NCBI RefSeq assembly: GCF_006345805.1
Contig: NC_043011.1
Span: 44,404,464-44,468,463, forward strand
Source of the DNA: Octopus sinensis
Taxonomy: Eukaryota
Direction: 5' to 3'
DNA length: 64,000 nucleotides
Under the pieces are notes generated by a model. It had not been told where the DNA came from, made no database searches, and saw nothing but the letters and a program-made list of their open reading frames with translations. The position numbers and the translations under genes were made by a program. This document shows, piece by piece, positions 1 to 13,365 of the stretch (position 1 is its first letter; each line of letters begins with the position of its first letter).

Positions 1-29
1 TGTATATATATCATATGTATGTGTGTGTA

Positions 30-263
30 TATGTTTGTGTGTCTGTATTTGTCCCCCCACAACATCGCTTGACAACCAATGGTGGTGTGTTTACGTCCCC
101 GTAACTTAGCGGTTCGTCAAACAAAGACCGATAGAATAAGTACGAGTCATACAAAGAATAAGTCCTGGGGGGGGGGGGTCGATTTGCTCGAGTAAAGGCG
201 GTGCTCTAGCATGGTCGCAGTCAAATGACTGAAACAAGTAAAATAGTAAAGGAATAAAAGAAT
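30..263 (+). mobile_element. tRNA-derived SINE family A, 3' half (5' half lies before the window)
   Basis: Matches the 3' half of the full copies at 2751 and 58350 (CATCGCTTGACAACC...GGCGGTGCTC...GACTGAAACAAGTAAAA tail). Confidence 0.85.
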
Positions 264-298
264 ACATACATATTTAAGTACGTACATACGTATGTATG

Positions 299-398
299 NN
301 NNNNNNNNNNNNNNNNNNNNNNNNNNNNNNNNNNNNNNNNNNNNNNNNNNNNNNNNNNNNNNNNNNNNNNNNNNNNNNNNNNNNNNNNNNNNNNNNNN
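299..398. other. Assembly gap (100 N)
   Basis: Run of N. Confidence 1.
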
Positions 399-435
399 TT
401 GTATAGTATTTGTGGGTGCGTGTTTATGCGTGTGT

Positions 436-436
<1 letters not shown>

Positions 437-528
<92 letters not shown>

Positions 529-689
529 CAAATTTAATTTCTAACTAGTAATACCCTACAACTGTGCAATTGTTAGATTTTCAAGAGTGTATTGGCACCA
601 TTGTTCAGCTGCGGGACAACACCTGCTTCATAATGGAAATATCGACTTTGTATAAATGTGAATGTGTATCTATGTACGTGTTCATATAT

Positions 690-733
<44 letters not shown>

Positions 734-870
734 ATATATAATATATATATATCTATACAATAATATATATACATATATATATATATATGCATATATACAC
801 ACACACATATAAATAAAATAAAACATATATTTTTATAATATAAGTATAACACACATATATATATATTACA

Positions 871-908
<38 letters not shown>

Positions 909-1045
909 GTATATATTATATATATCTATATATCACCATATATTATATATATATATTATATTATATTATATATATATACAACACTCTGTATATATATAGA
1001 ATGTATATGAACATCAGTATATATATACATATATATATATATAGA

Positions 1046-1102
<57 letters not shown>
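437..1102. repeat. (GATA)n, (TA)n and (TG)n microsatellites
   Basis: Directly visible: GATA 437-528, TA-rich 684-1045, TG 1048-1102. Confidence 0.95.
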
Positions 1103-1105
<3 letters not shown>

Positions 1106-1169
1106 CATTATATACATATACATATACTTCTACTTAGAACTTATACATTTAGATACACACACACATATA

Positions 1170-1812
1170 TTCCAGAATAGAATGCTCTAGAGGAATAAAC
1201 GTTCAAGAACTGCGAAGAATGAAGACACCATTCAAACAGACTTCGTACTTTATTTTCCAATACAACATTCAAAGCAAGAAATACAGAAACATACGCCATA
1301 TTCCATCAAATCATTTCATTAATGAAGCAAATTCCAAGAATACAAAGAGCAATCGAAATACACAAAGTATTCAAAAGCATAAGGCTCGTAAAAATCCCTT
1401 AAACAATTACTACCAGCGCCAAATTATCCAATAATATTATAGCAGTAATAGTAAAAATTTCTGGTCGCCTTATAGAAGGCGCAGAAATTTAAATCAGTAA
1501 ATAACTTCAATGCAAATAATCACTTCATCTGTTTGTCAAAAAACTTTAATTGATGCTAGTAAAGGTAATGAAAATTACACAGGACAATCAAACTTTATGA
1601 TACTGACTCATTATTCATAGGCAAAAAATAAGATAGCCTAATGCCAGACAGATTCCACTAAGTGGACATTTAAAATTATGTCCAATAAACAAATCATCAA
1701 ACAACTTAGTCTACCCACTTTATCATTGTTCTGACAAAACCATAGATCAAATGCAGTCAAATAAACAGAATATGTTTTTTTAAAAAACAAGCCTCGACTG
1801 AATAATCTATAA
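1170..1812 (+). pseudogene. Decayed Penelope-like element ORF, GIY-YIG endonuclease C-terminal region
   Basis: Frame-shifted manual translation gives SLKQLL.SAKL, NENYTGQS, HRQKIR.PNARQIPLSGHLKLC and a terminal KPRLN, typical of PLE C-termini; many stops. Confidence 0.65.
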
Positions 1813-2521
1813 CACCCCATCGAACACGGACGTTGTAGTGTTGCCGATCACATTCTCGGACAAAAATCCATAGATTAACAATTGCAAATACAACATCGAT
1901 TTTCCGGAACTTTTGGTGTTAACGATCCAGGTCGGTCACCTTGGTTAGCATACTCTAAATTAATCGAGTATAAAATTTACTGAAAAAAATCAAATGAAAA
2001 ACAGGTACTTGTACATTAGCATAAACGATTCACGTTTACTAATATTGTACTGCGCATGCTGCTTGTCTGTGCTCTATGCAAGGAAAATTATTCTAGTGGC
2101 CGCTGGAATTTGAAGTTCTTGCTCATAAATTAATGCGGATTATAAGAGGTTCCACATCATCAGTGTTCGGAAAGTCGATAACATTCATACGGATATGTAT
2201 AACTTAATGCCACTTGCAGACAAGCAATTTCTTTCTGTATTTTTAGTTTCTATATATAACATTTAAATGTTGGTCAGATCACCTCTTTCCTTCTATGGAG
2301 AGTTTCGCCTGTACATTGAGATTCATCAAGCATGTTATGGCTGCAGTCAAAAACAGTTGGTTGACAAATAGGCGAAACTCCTGGGTTGCAAGAAACCGAC
2401 TCGACCAAAATAAAAGCATTAATCTCAACAATGGTATTGTGTACCCTTTCTTCAAACAATCAACACTAAACGGATATATACACACTCGCGCGCGCACACA
2501 CTAAATAAGTGCGTGTGTGTG

Positions 2522-2565
2522 TGTACTGACGAGACCACAATGAGAACGAAACTACGTTGTCTACA
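2522..2565 (+). ncRNA. Minimal type-I hammerhead ribozyme motif, stem II degenerate
   Basis: TGTA-CTGACGA-G(13 nt)C-GAAAC-TACGTT-GTC-TACA; stem I TGTA/TACA and core intact. Confidence 0.55.
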
Positions 2566-2750
2566 ACTACAGGAATATCGAGCCTTTCTAACATCTCATA
2601 GCAGTTCCTCTGTTCCCCCAACACCCACCACTTACTCCGTAAGCAGCTTTTAGCAGCAGCAGCTGTTGTTCCCAGTCAAATAACAATATATATACATATA
2701 TATTTATATATATATATATAAATATCCATATATATATATATATATACATA

Positions 2751-2915
2751 GGCGCAGGAGTGGCTGTGTGTTAATTAGCTTGTTTACCAACCACATGGTT
2801 CCGGGTTCAGTCCCGCTGCGTGGCACCTTCGGCAAGTATCTTCTATTATAGCCTCGGGCCGACCAATGCCTTGTGAGTGGATTTGGTAGACGGAAACTGA
2901 AAGAAGCCCGTCGTA

Positions 2916-2953
<38 letters not shown>

Positions 2954-3175
2954 TGTGTGTGTTTGTGTGTCTGTGTTTGTCCCCCTAGCATTGCTTGACA
3001 ACCGATGCTGGTGTGTTTATTGTCCCCGTTACTTAGCGGTTCGGCAAAAGACACCGGTAGAATAAGTACTGGGCTTACAAAAGAATAAGTCCCGGGGTCG
3101 AGTTGCTCGATTAAAAAGGCGGTGCTCCAGCACGGCCGCAGTCAAATGACTGAGACAAGTAAAAGAGTAAAAGAG
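2751..3175 (+). mobile_element. tRNA-derived SINE family A, full length (probably one of the octopus OK/OR families)
   Basis: GGCGCAGGAG head, A-box-like TGGCTGTGTG, B-box GGTTCAGTCCC, internal (TA)n(TG)n, (TAAAAGAG)n tail; about 15 homologous copies in the window. Confidence 0.9.
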
Positions 3176-3213
<38 letters not shown>

Positions 3214-3689
3214 AAGTTTGGAGATGATGTACAGGTATTTTATATTAGAAGAAATGAGGTACTCAGAAAATCGGATGGTTTATATTTACAGATATTTATT
3301 TGTATATTACATTTTTTTATACATCATATAACTTAGATCATGTATTAGCGCTTATATATATATATATATATATAATATATATATACGCAAACATGAAATA
3401 CATTCATATCTACGTCAGTAGTTGTGCGTCTCTTTTTGGTGGGCATGTGTATGTGTGTGCGTGTGTGTATGTTTACTGGCAATTACTTGCAAGTTAACCG
3501 AAGACTCCCTTACTTGTTGTATCTTCTGTCCGATCGGGAAATGATACAGTTTGACTTGCCTTTTCTCCTAATTGTAATCCCAGCTTCTCTTTCATTTTAT
3601 CATAATAAAATTTCACTTCCTCTCTCTTTTTCTCCTTCTATCTCTCTTTATAAGCACATACACACGCACACACACAACTATAAACATGT

Positions 3690-3766
<77 letters not shown>

Positions 3767-3877
3767 ATTAAGACAGAGATCGATCGATCGATCGATAGAT
3801 AGACAGATAGATAGATAGCTTGATTCATTGATTGTTTGATAGACAGATAGAGAGATAGATGAAGGGATGGATGGATG

Positions 3878-3958
<81 letters not shown>

Positions 3959-3984
3959 TTGGGTGGATAACATATTGATATAAG

Positions 3985-4043
<59 letters not shown>

Positions 4044-4707
4044 CATATATATATGTGCATTTGTATGTTGTGGTTTGTGTATGTATTTTTGCGTGTGCGT
4101 GTATGTGTGCGTATGTCTGCCATTGTGTTTGCTTATACATCTCAGTTAAATTGACTACTGGTGCTTGACTTCAGGTTTCTGTGATGGCCAACATAATTGT
4201 CAGATTGATAATGGCCCCAGAGTATTATATATTGAAATAATAATTACGGAATATCAATCAGTATCGATGGTAATGTATCGTAAACATCCAATTAGATCGA
4301 ACGATAAAATGTTTCGATGTAATTTGAACCAATTATTATCCATTTGATGGTCATAAAATCGCGCTCAGTGATATCCATGGCAACGTATGACAAAAATCTG
4401 TTCAGTGTTATGAGCGAATATTGAAATGACGGTAACAAATTCATAAATACATGTAGATGTCTTTCTCGCGTTGCGGGAGTGGTGCGGGGATAGAAATCTC
4501 GTTGATGTAACTTGACATTCCGCAACGCGAAACATATTTCTCTTTGGCTTCCGTATTCAATGACTACTTCCCATCGAAAGTAGACGATAGAAAATGCAAA
4601 ACTGCCGTAACGTAACTGAATTCCTGGTTACGGTAAAATAGCCAGTAATGCAATATTTCGGGTACATTGAAGATAGGCTACATTTCGGGTACATTGAGGA
4701 TATATAT

Positions 4708-4773
<66 letters not shown>

Positions 4774-4787
4774 CCATATATATATAT

Positions 4788-4825
<38 letters not shown>

Positions 4826-5040
4826 CCGGAGTAAGCACATAAATGTGAAATAAGGTGGAAAAAAGAGTACTCAAATACCAGAGGTAGAGTAATATGTTTT
4901 ATTTAAAAGCAGCAGAAATATAACAAAAGCTGTTACTCAGAGTTTCATGTTCCCGTTCATTAGCAAAACTGTTCGACGAACGGGAAAGTGAAACTCTGAG
5001 TAACAGCTTTTGTTATATTTCTGCTGCTTTTAAATAAAGA

Positions 5041-5042
<2 letters not shown>
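4826..5042. mobile_element. Palindromic PLE-type terminal-repeat mini-element in (TA)n, copy 1
   Basis: Inverted arms ~4896-4960 and ~4976-5040; hammerhead-like CTGT-TCGACGA-ACGGGAAAGT-GAAAC-TCTGA-GTA-ACAG at 4969-5006; homologous to 13671-13902. Confidence 0.75.
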
Positions 5043-5072
<30 letters not shown>

Positions 5073-5100
5073 ACTTAACTCTAATACCGCCTAAATTATC

Positions 5101-5192
<92 letters not shown>

Positions 5193-5210
5193 CATACATA
5201 CATATACATG

Positions 5211-5249
<39 letters not shown>

Positions 5250-5269
5250 GCACACACACATACATAAAC

Positions 5270-5490
5270 TGAATTCCGGTCACTTCAGCCATGTAACCAT
5301 TCACGTATTTTTCTGAGACTTTTCTTTTTCTTATCTCTCGACCTTTCCACTGTTCTCTTTCTGATGAAAAGCCATGCTGGAAACGTCACACCCACTCTTT
5401 CCTCCATCATAAACTGAGCGCCAACTTAATACATTCACTAGGTACACCTGTTTGACATTTATTGCTTATATTTTTTTTATTTACCTTAAT
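5270..5490 (+). mobile_element. PLE pseudo-LTR fragment with degenerate hammerhead
   Basis: CTGATGA-AAAGCCATGCTG-GAAAC-GTC at 5361-5387; related to 26640-26778 and 54075-54270; ends in (TA)n. Confidence 0.55.
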
Positions 5491-6399
5491 ATATATATAT
5501 ATATATATATAAATACATATACAAGTACATGTTACAGGTCACATATGTATATTATATGTCATATATACATGTGTGTATGTGTATATATGTGTGTATACGT
5601 GTGTGTCTGTGTGTCGTACTTATCTATATCAATAGGTAAGTATGATCCAGGGATTCAAGTGTAGAACGTTAGTAAGCTTCACGCAGCAGGTGGTTACCAT
5701 AGAGAACAAAATGTGAACTGTATACAATAAAATATATTTATTACCATCGTACTTTTCCCATCTTCTCCCACATCGACGATAAATGGAATTTCAATAAGCT
5801 GATTGTTTCCCTCCAAATCATATTTTAGCAACAGATGCTGTTAAAATGCGAATAAATATTAAAAATATATAAGGAACGGTCACTTTAGTTTATTTTTACG
5901 TTTTTATTCATCTTTTATTTATTTTATTCATTTTTATGTTTTTCGACTTTCGGCCATTTTTTTCTGGCTTGTTAACTCTTTGTTTACTTTCAACAGCAAC
6001 TTAAACTTATTGAGACCACTACGATCAGAAGATTAGTTAAATTGCGTTGTGCTCGTTACTACTTATGTAAAGAACTTCAGTTAGTTATGAAACAATTGTA
6101 GTCGTTATTCTAACTGTACGACTCCTTATTTTTTTGGGTAGATATATATACAGACATACACACATATCAAAAGAAGAGTATTTATGTGTATGTAATCATA
6201 TGACGTTTAGTGAACATCTTTTCTTTAGACTATTTTCTATTTCAGAATTTCAGAGTGGATTGTCTTCGATTTATTTTTCATATTTCCTTATTAGTCTCTT
6301 CTACTATTTTTTAAACCAATCCAATTTTCCCAAGTCCTTTAAGCGTTTCAAGAAGTTCTCAGATTTATCGGAATGAGACCATCATAACAGTCTCTGCCC

Positions 6400-7270
6400 T
6401 TTCCACCCCCATAGGACACTAGATTAATTCTGGTAAGTCTCTTACTGACAGAATATAAACCGTTAGCCACCACATACACATACGTGCAGCTTGTGGGAAG
6501 TATGCTCTGAAAGATTCCAGGTGTTACACGTTAATATTATAAACAATACACCAACTTACGTTGGTAATTTGTTCTAAGATATGCAACTTAACTCGAAAAA
6601 TAACGTAACAGGAAAAAGACCATCTTTTTCAATATTTCCTAGCTTATATCTCTTCCTATTTAGAAGAGACATTTGGAACATACTATTACGTAAGTCCAAC
6701 CTGTCACCAGCCACATCAATACAATGGCCCATCCGATTACTCATTTATCTGTATGCGAAATCCCTACACATCATTAATCCACTCATAAGAAGAAATAGGA
6801 CTGACGTTCCATATTTGAAATCGGAACCCAGTTATTGATCGAATAAATTATTAGTTTTCCTCTTACCTCTTCATTCCACTTTTATTCCAGTAATTCCATT
6901 CTTATCCTTCAGTTCCACTCTCATCTCAATTCTTCTCTCGCCCTCATCCGCCTTTCTTCTTTCCTTTTCTCTTTTTTTCTCCCTTTCACAATAACTTTCT
7001 CTCTTCTAGTACTTTCTGCCTATCAATGAAGCTCATATTGTCTTGCGTTCCCCATCAGTTACTGCTAGTTTCTTAAATTTACAGGATGAGGTGTTTCCTT
7101 ATATCTTTCTGTCATCCTAATCTTGAAGGAGAACATTTTCCGAAACGTCAAATACTCTATTCCTTACAGCAACTTCACTGTACTAATTTTGCCACCATCA
7201 CTCTCCCCCTCTACCTCATGCACTCTCTTTCTTCCAACAACCAGCATGTTGATTGTTGGAAGAAAAGTAC
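6400..7270 (+). pseudogene. Decayed Penelope-like element 3' region
   Basis: Manual translation QPVTSHINTMAHPITHLSVC...RSIFEIGT (PLE GIY-YIG C-terminus-like), then a pyrimidine tract and a hammerhead relic GGAGAA-CAT-TTTCC-GAAAC-GTC ending at 7149. Confidence 0.5.
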
Positions 7271-7851
7271 AGTGTCTTAGTTGAGATTAGTGATTTTATT
7301 TTGGTCGAATCAGTTTCTTATAACTCAGTAGTTTCGCCTGTTGGTCAAGCAAATTTTTTAACTCCACACATGTATAAGTATGCATATTTGTAAGATAAAA
7401 CTTATTTGGAAATGGATGCGTGGCGTTCGATCATATCATAACATAACAGGACACCAAAAAAGCGTTGAACACAATGAAAAACGAAAACATAAAAACAAAA
7501 ACATGGAAACGAACTTTTTTCAAACAACGAAAAAACAGAGTACAAGACAAACAACACAAGGAATATTCCCCTTCTTCTGTTGTTCCTGTTTCGTCTAGAC
7601 GCGACTTCGTTGAAACAGTCCTTCCCGCATATTTGTAGATACATATATGTATACTTATATATATGCGGTGGTGGAGGGGAATACATCAAAAATGTTTTAC
7701 TCTTTCATGAGATTGTAAACCAAAGGAAATGGAATAACCCTGAACCACAGTTCACTACATATTATAGTCTTTTCTCTCGGCCCTTCCTCTTCTTTCATCC
7801 GATTTTAGCCTGCATTAGTTACATCTTTCTATACAGCCTTCCCCCATATAT

Positions 7852-7959
7852 AGGCGCAGGCGGGTTCAGTCCCACTGCGTTGTAGTCTTTTACTATAGCT
7901 CCGGACCGAGTAATGCTTTGTGAGTGGATTTGGCAAACGGTAAATGAAAGAAGCCTGTC

Positions 7960-7994
<35 letters not shown>

Positions 7995-8001
7995 ATATGC
8001 G

Positions 8002-8051
<50 letters not shown>

Positions 8052-8520
8052 CGTGTCTGTGTGCTCCTGTGTGATTGTCTACCACCACCGCTTGACAAAG
8101 TGTTGGTTTGTTTACGTCCCCGTATCGTAGTGGTTCGGCAAAAGGGAAAATAGAATATGTATCAGGCTTACTAAAACAAAAAGTTAACTTCCAGATTAGA
8201 TTCTTAATTTCTTTACTGCCCACAAGGGGCTACACACAGAGGGAACAAACAAGGACAGACAAACGGATTAAGTCGATTATATCGACATCAGTGCGTATTT
8301 ATTTAATTGACCCCGAAAGGATGAAAGGCAAAGTCGACCTCGGTGGAATTTGAACTCAGAATGTGGCGTCAGAACGAAATACCGCTAAACATTTCGTCCA
8401 GCGTGCTAACGTTTCTGCCAGCTTGCTACCTTTTAAGATTAGATTCTTTCAACTAAAACCCTTCAGGCGGTGCTCAAGCATGACTGCAGGTCAATAACTG
8501 AAACATGTAAAAGATAAAAG
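7852..8520 (+). mobile_element. SINE family A (internally deleted), interrupted by a family B SINE
   Basis: GGCGCAGG head and GAAACATGTAAAAGATAAAAG tail; insertion at 8206-8435. Confidence 0.8.
8206..8435 (-). mobile_element. SINE family B (Meta/MESC-like central domain), young Tx1-tailed subfamily
   Basis: B-box GAGTTCAAATTCC; core GAGGTCGACTTTGCCTTTCATCCTTTCGGGGTC; TSD AGATTAGATTCTT at 8193-8205 and 8436-8448. Confidence 0.9.
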
Positions 8521-8918
8521 ACGAAAGGTATGTGGAGCAGAACGATTTCCGACTTGAACATCAGGTGCGTCGCCACATACATTTGGCAACAGCCGCTTTC
8601 CTGAAGTTCAATGATCGATAGTGGAAACAATGTACCATTTAATTATCTTTGAAATAACAAGTTTATTCAACAGCAGTAGTGTTGTCTGTTGTACTGTCTG
8701 TTGTACTCTTCTGAGACCAACACACTGTGTCGTTGTCGACATATAAGATAGCTGCTGAGCTGACAGTTGTGTCGGTAACGATCAATAACAGAGACATTTC
8801 TTCGTGAGACCACGTCTCTGACTGAGATGTGCTACAAGGTAGAAATACACACACACACACAACACACGCCTGCACAGACATACGCACATGTATAGGCATA
8901 CACACACACGCAAACATC

Positions 8919-8972
<54 letters not shown>

Positions 8973-9045
8973 TGTATGTGTGTATATATATAGACACATA
9001 CATATATACATAATATACATACATGCAATAAATACATTTGTATGC

Positions 9046-9190
9046 AGGCGTAGCTGTGTGGTAAGAAGCTTGCTTCCAACCACATAGCTTCGGGTTCAGT
9101 CCTACTGTGTGACACCTTGGGCAAATGTCTTCTTCTATAGCTACGGGCTGACCAAACCCCTGTGAGTGGATTTGGTAGACGGAAACTAAG
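9046..9190 (+). mobile_element. SINE family A, 5' half
   Basis: Homology to 2751-2900. Confidence 0.8.
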
Positions 9191-10170
9191 AGGTAGGGTC
9201 CCGAAACGGTGTGCATTCTCTCCTGATGACCCCATACACTTGCTGGCTTCCGGTATGCGGAGTTTTTTGGCTGGTAGCACTTGCATGTGCAAGTTGTTTG
9301 CAAGACATCTATATTCATTCTAAGGAATGATAAGTTGTAAAGAAGCTACATCTGGTCAATTAGAAAGAGGCATTGAAGGGGAAGTCTAGGGGTCTGAAAA
9401 AAATAAATTTATAGGCACAAACACACACGCACACGTACACACATAAATATATACATATTCATATGTATATATATATATATGTGTGTATGTGTGTGTGTGT
9501 ATACTCACATACATACATGCATACTAATATACATATATCATACTTGTATTGAAGAATGTATGGATGCATTCATGCATATATGTACGTATGTATGTGTATG
9601 TGTATGCGTGTGTATATGTATGTGTGTATATATAAAAGTGTGAAGATTTCAGCATTGTGAAACTCTGTCGCAAGGTGTCGCCGTACTGAATTGACAGCAT
9701 GCCAGCAGGGAGCCATCTCTTTTTTTATATTATGCATGCAAAATGTGACAATGCGTGACGCACAGACATCCTAAAACATTAGATGTTGAATAAATAAATA
9801 CGTTAACATTGCTACATGAACCGAGGTGTCAAAATGGTCTTTGAAGTAGTTTGACTCTTACATGCATGTATAGGTATATGCATATGTATGCGATTGTATA
9901 GCATTCTACAACTGTACAGTTATACATATGTTTGGGCGTGTGCGTGTGTATGTGTGCGTGTGCGTTGTGTGCTTCTTTTTGTGTATGTATGCTTACACAT
10001 ATATATCTATATACATATATATATATACATATATATACATATATATATATATATATACTATATATATATATATATATACACACATATATATAGATATATT
10101 TATGTATGTATATATACGTATATATATATGTATATGTGTATATATATGCATATATATAAGTATGTATTCA

Positions 10171-10206
<36 letters not shown>

Positions 10207-10208
10207 CA

Positions 10209-11125
10209 TAAACTTAGATAAACTTAGATATGTTACGACGAAAGACTTGTCCAGGCCATGTCTAACTTAATAGCACCACCTGATAAGATTATCTAAATCC
10301 TTTTTAAGTCAAGTTTTGTGGTATTATTGTTCATTCGAGTAGGAAGTTTTTGTTGAGTGAGTTGTATCCATGTATATGTGGCTTATCTGGTATTCCTTGA
10401 AGAAATTTGTCCAGATTCCGTTTAAAGGTGATGGGATCCTTTTCCTCTTTGATCAGTTTTGTGACAATGTTAGATAGGGTAGGGCCTGTTGAGGAAAAGA
10501 AATTATGTCGCAGTGTACTCATATGTTGTAATCCTGAATTGGGCAGGGGACGTATGGCCGGTGGTCCTAGCCTTGAATGAATCTTAAAGCTAATGTTCAG
10601 GTCGTTTGGTCAGTACTGACAGTATCTTCTCCCACATCGTACAAATGATGGACCACTCGCGGCGACGCTGGAGAGAGTAGAGTTTCAGGGCTTAAAGGCG
10701 GTCCCAGTAATCGAGATCAGTCATGCTCTTAATTCAATTCGTGAATGCCCTCTGGGGTGATTCAATTTTCGAGATATTTTGTTTTGTATGGGGAGACCAC
10801 AGGAGGGGGGCAGCAGTATTCGAGGTGTGGCCGTACAAAGGAGGAGAAAAGTGGAAGGATGACACCTTGTTCTCTGGACCGGAAGGTTCCTAAGATCAAG
10901 GAGCTCATCCTACGAGCCATATCAACCTTATTGTTGATGTGGGCACTCCAACTGAGATTGTTACCAACAATTACTCCTAGGTCTCTGATATTATTAGATG
11001 CTGTGAGCGGTGGTTCCCCTGAAGGAAGAGAGTAGTGCTGTTTTAGTATAGTCTTTCTACCAAAATGCATCAGCTCAAATTTTCCCTCGCTTAGTTGCAT
11101 TTTGTTTTTTCTACCCATTGACTCA
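10209..11125 (-). mobile_element. 5'-truncated CR1-clade LINE (RT C-terminus plus 3' UTR), disrupted
   Basis: ORF pieces with KFELMHFG, RDLGVIV.NNLSWSAHI, FVRPHLEYC and FKRNLDKFL; 3' tail of tandem TATCTAAGTT. Confidence 0.88.
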
Positions 11126-11147
11126 CCGCATATGCATATATATATAC

Positions 11148-11247
11148 GCTCTTCTCTTTCCCTTCCTGAGTGTCCAATAACAGAGCACTTGTTCCACGTC
11201 CTCGCGTTGTTGTTGTTTTTTTTTGCTTGTTCATGTTTGGATTGAGT
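11148..11247 (+). mobile_element. PLE pseudo-LTR 3' fragment
   Basis: GAGTGTCCAATAAC...CACGTCCTCGCGTTG...ATGTTTGGATT matches the reverse complement of 54075-54150; flanked by TA repeats. Confidence 0.6.
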
Positions 11248-11844
11248 ATATATATATATATATATTTATATTATACATCATGATTTATGTGTGTATAATA
11301 TATTCATATTCACACTAAAATTCCACATTCTGGTTGCTGTATTCCATTTACATTTAAACACATAGCATATCGATTTTGTCTTTGATTTCGTCATATCGCC
11401 TGATTACGCTGTTACTCTAATGCGTTTCCACGATGTAAATTACCATTTTTGAGTCTGATATTCTTCAGTATAGAACCAATTGCTAAGAGATTTTCTCATC
11501 ATACAGATAAGCAGTTTTCTCTCCGTGTATTGCCATTAAAGATATGTTATTCGAAATAATTGAAGTGATAATATTATTTTTCTTTTAAGGGTTAGTAGAT
11601 CTCAAAGTATGTAAAAATATAAATAACAGAATGCAAGCATTCGGTTGAATACGTTTTTGGAACAGTAGATCTCGAAGCATATCAAGCTATTATATCTATT
11701 ACGGCCTTATTTGATGTTCTCTCGAAAGTTTATGGAATTGCTATGACGTCAATCATCATTTTTATTTAATGTTTGATTACTAATAAGTATACAAGTTGTT
11801 GTTGTTGTTGCTGTTGTTGATAGGGCGGTATTTGAAGAATCTAT

Positions 11845-12078
11845 AAGGAGGCGAGCTGGCAGAAACGTTAGCACGCCGGGTGAAATGCGTAGCCGTATTT
11901 CGTCTGCCGTTACGTTCTGAGTTCAAATTCCGTTGAGGTCGACTTTGCCTTTCATCCTTCCAGGGTCGATAAATTATGTACCAGTTGCGCACTGGGGTGG
12001 ATATAATCGACTTAATTCGTTTGTTTGTCCTTGTTTGTCCCCTCTGTGTTTAGCCCCTTGTGGGTAGTAAAGAAATAA
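11845..12078 (+). mobile_element. SINE family B, young Tx1-tailed subfamily
   Basis: Full length; TSD GTATTTGAAGAATC at 11828-11841 and 12079-12092. Confidence 0.9.
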
Positions 12079-12825
12079 GTATTTGAAGAATCCATTTTGA
12101 GCCGTGACGTAATGTTATGCAGTTATGTCCCTTTATGGTCTGAATCTAAAATCCGCCAAACATCAGCTTTGCGTTAATGCTGCTAATGTCGATAGAATAA
12201 ATGGTAAATTGCGAGCTGAATTCAAGAGGTTAATCAACCAATTATAATCTGCAGAAAATTGTGCAGCTTCGTGCTGTCTGTGTTATAAATCAATAATCAA
12301 TATTGTTCATAAAAATCATAGTTACAGACAATAGTTACAGACAATAGATCGGTAAAAATCTTCTAATCCTAAGAATAACAATAAAACTGCAGGATTCGGT
12401 TATGAATTGTTACAGACTGGCTGACGTCAAAATAGACTTTGCCTTTCATTCTTCAGAGATCGATATAATGAGGGAGCCGTCAAGTATCGATATAAAATAA
12501 GAACAATAAATTATGGATCTAATGTAGTAGCAGTCAAATACACCCACATTTTGGTTATCTCTATTTCCAGATTTATTTATGCGGATAATTTCTCCATTTC
12601 TCTTAGAGATATCGTATTGTTTGATGGCACTGATACTTCGATTAGAAGACACTCCCTTTTCCAATGTCCTCGATGACCATTCCATCGACTACCTTTCATG
12701 TCCCTGTATGTTTGTCTTTGATCTCGTCATATCGCCTGATTACACTGCTACTCTAATGCGTTTCCACGATGTAAATTACCATTTACGCTTTATTAGGCGG
12801 CTTTTAAGCTAGTATATAGCTTTTA

Positions 12826-13345
12826 AACAAGTGACTCTGAACGGGAAGATCTGCAAACAGATCTCTGACTTGTTTCTTTTTTGTTGGGGGCGGGGGATTT
12901 GTTGCAGTTGCTTCCTCAAGACTCATATCCCAAAGATGACCATATTTGTCGCAAAAAAAAAAATCAAGTAAAAAAATCGCCGAAAACAATGGCAGTAATG
13001 AAAACATAGGAATCCAAAATTTCAGGATTGCAGGTCTGGATTCGGCCCAGAATGTTTTTAATTTACTCTCGGAGTTAGCCTTTAGGTTATAAAAATTATT
13101 ATCGTACAAAAGCATTTGTCACAAAAAGTCACGTAAAAAAATAGCCAAAAACAATCATAATAATGAAAATTTGGGAATCTAAAATTTCAGAATTGTGGAT
13201 CCGGATTCAGCCCGGAATGGTTTTAATTTCCTCACGGAGTCAGCCTAATTCCAAAATGGTATGATATGTCGGGCTACGGCCTCTAGGAGTAAAGCTGAAA
13301 AAGTGTGACACACTGACATACTCACATTCACATTTTTATATTATT
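12826..13345 (-). mobile_element. Probable non-autonomous Helitron-like element with internal ~167-bp tandem duplication
   Basis: Diverged direct repeats 12944-13081 and 13114-13246; the terminus resembles Helitron 5' ends and the related end at 14345-14408. Confidence 0.35.
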
Positions 13346-13365
13346 TTATATTGTTATATCATATA

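Noticed and set aside
2751-2830. tRNA genes at SINE heads
   Set aside because: A and B boxes are present but there is no full cloverleaf, and each continues into a SINE body.
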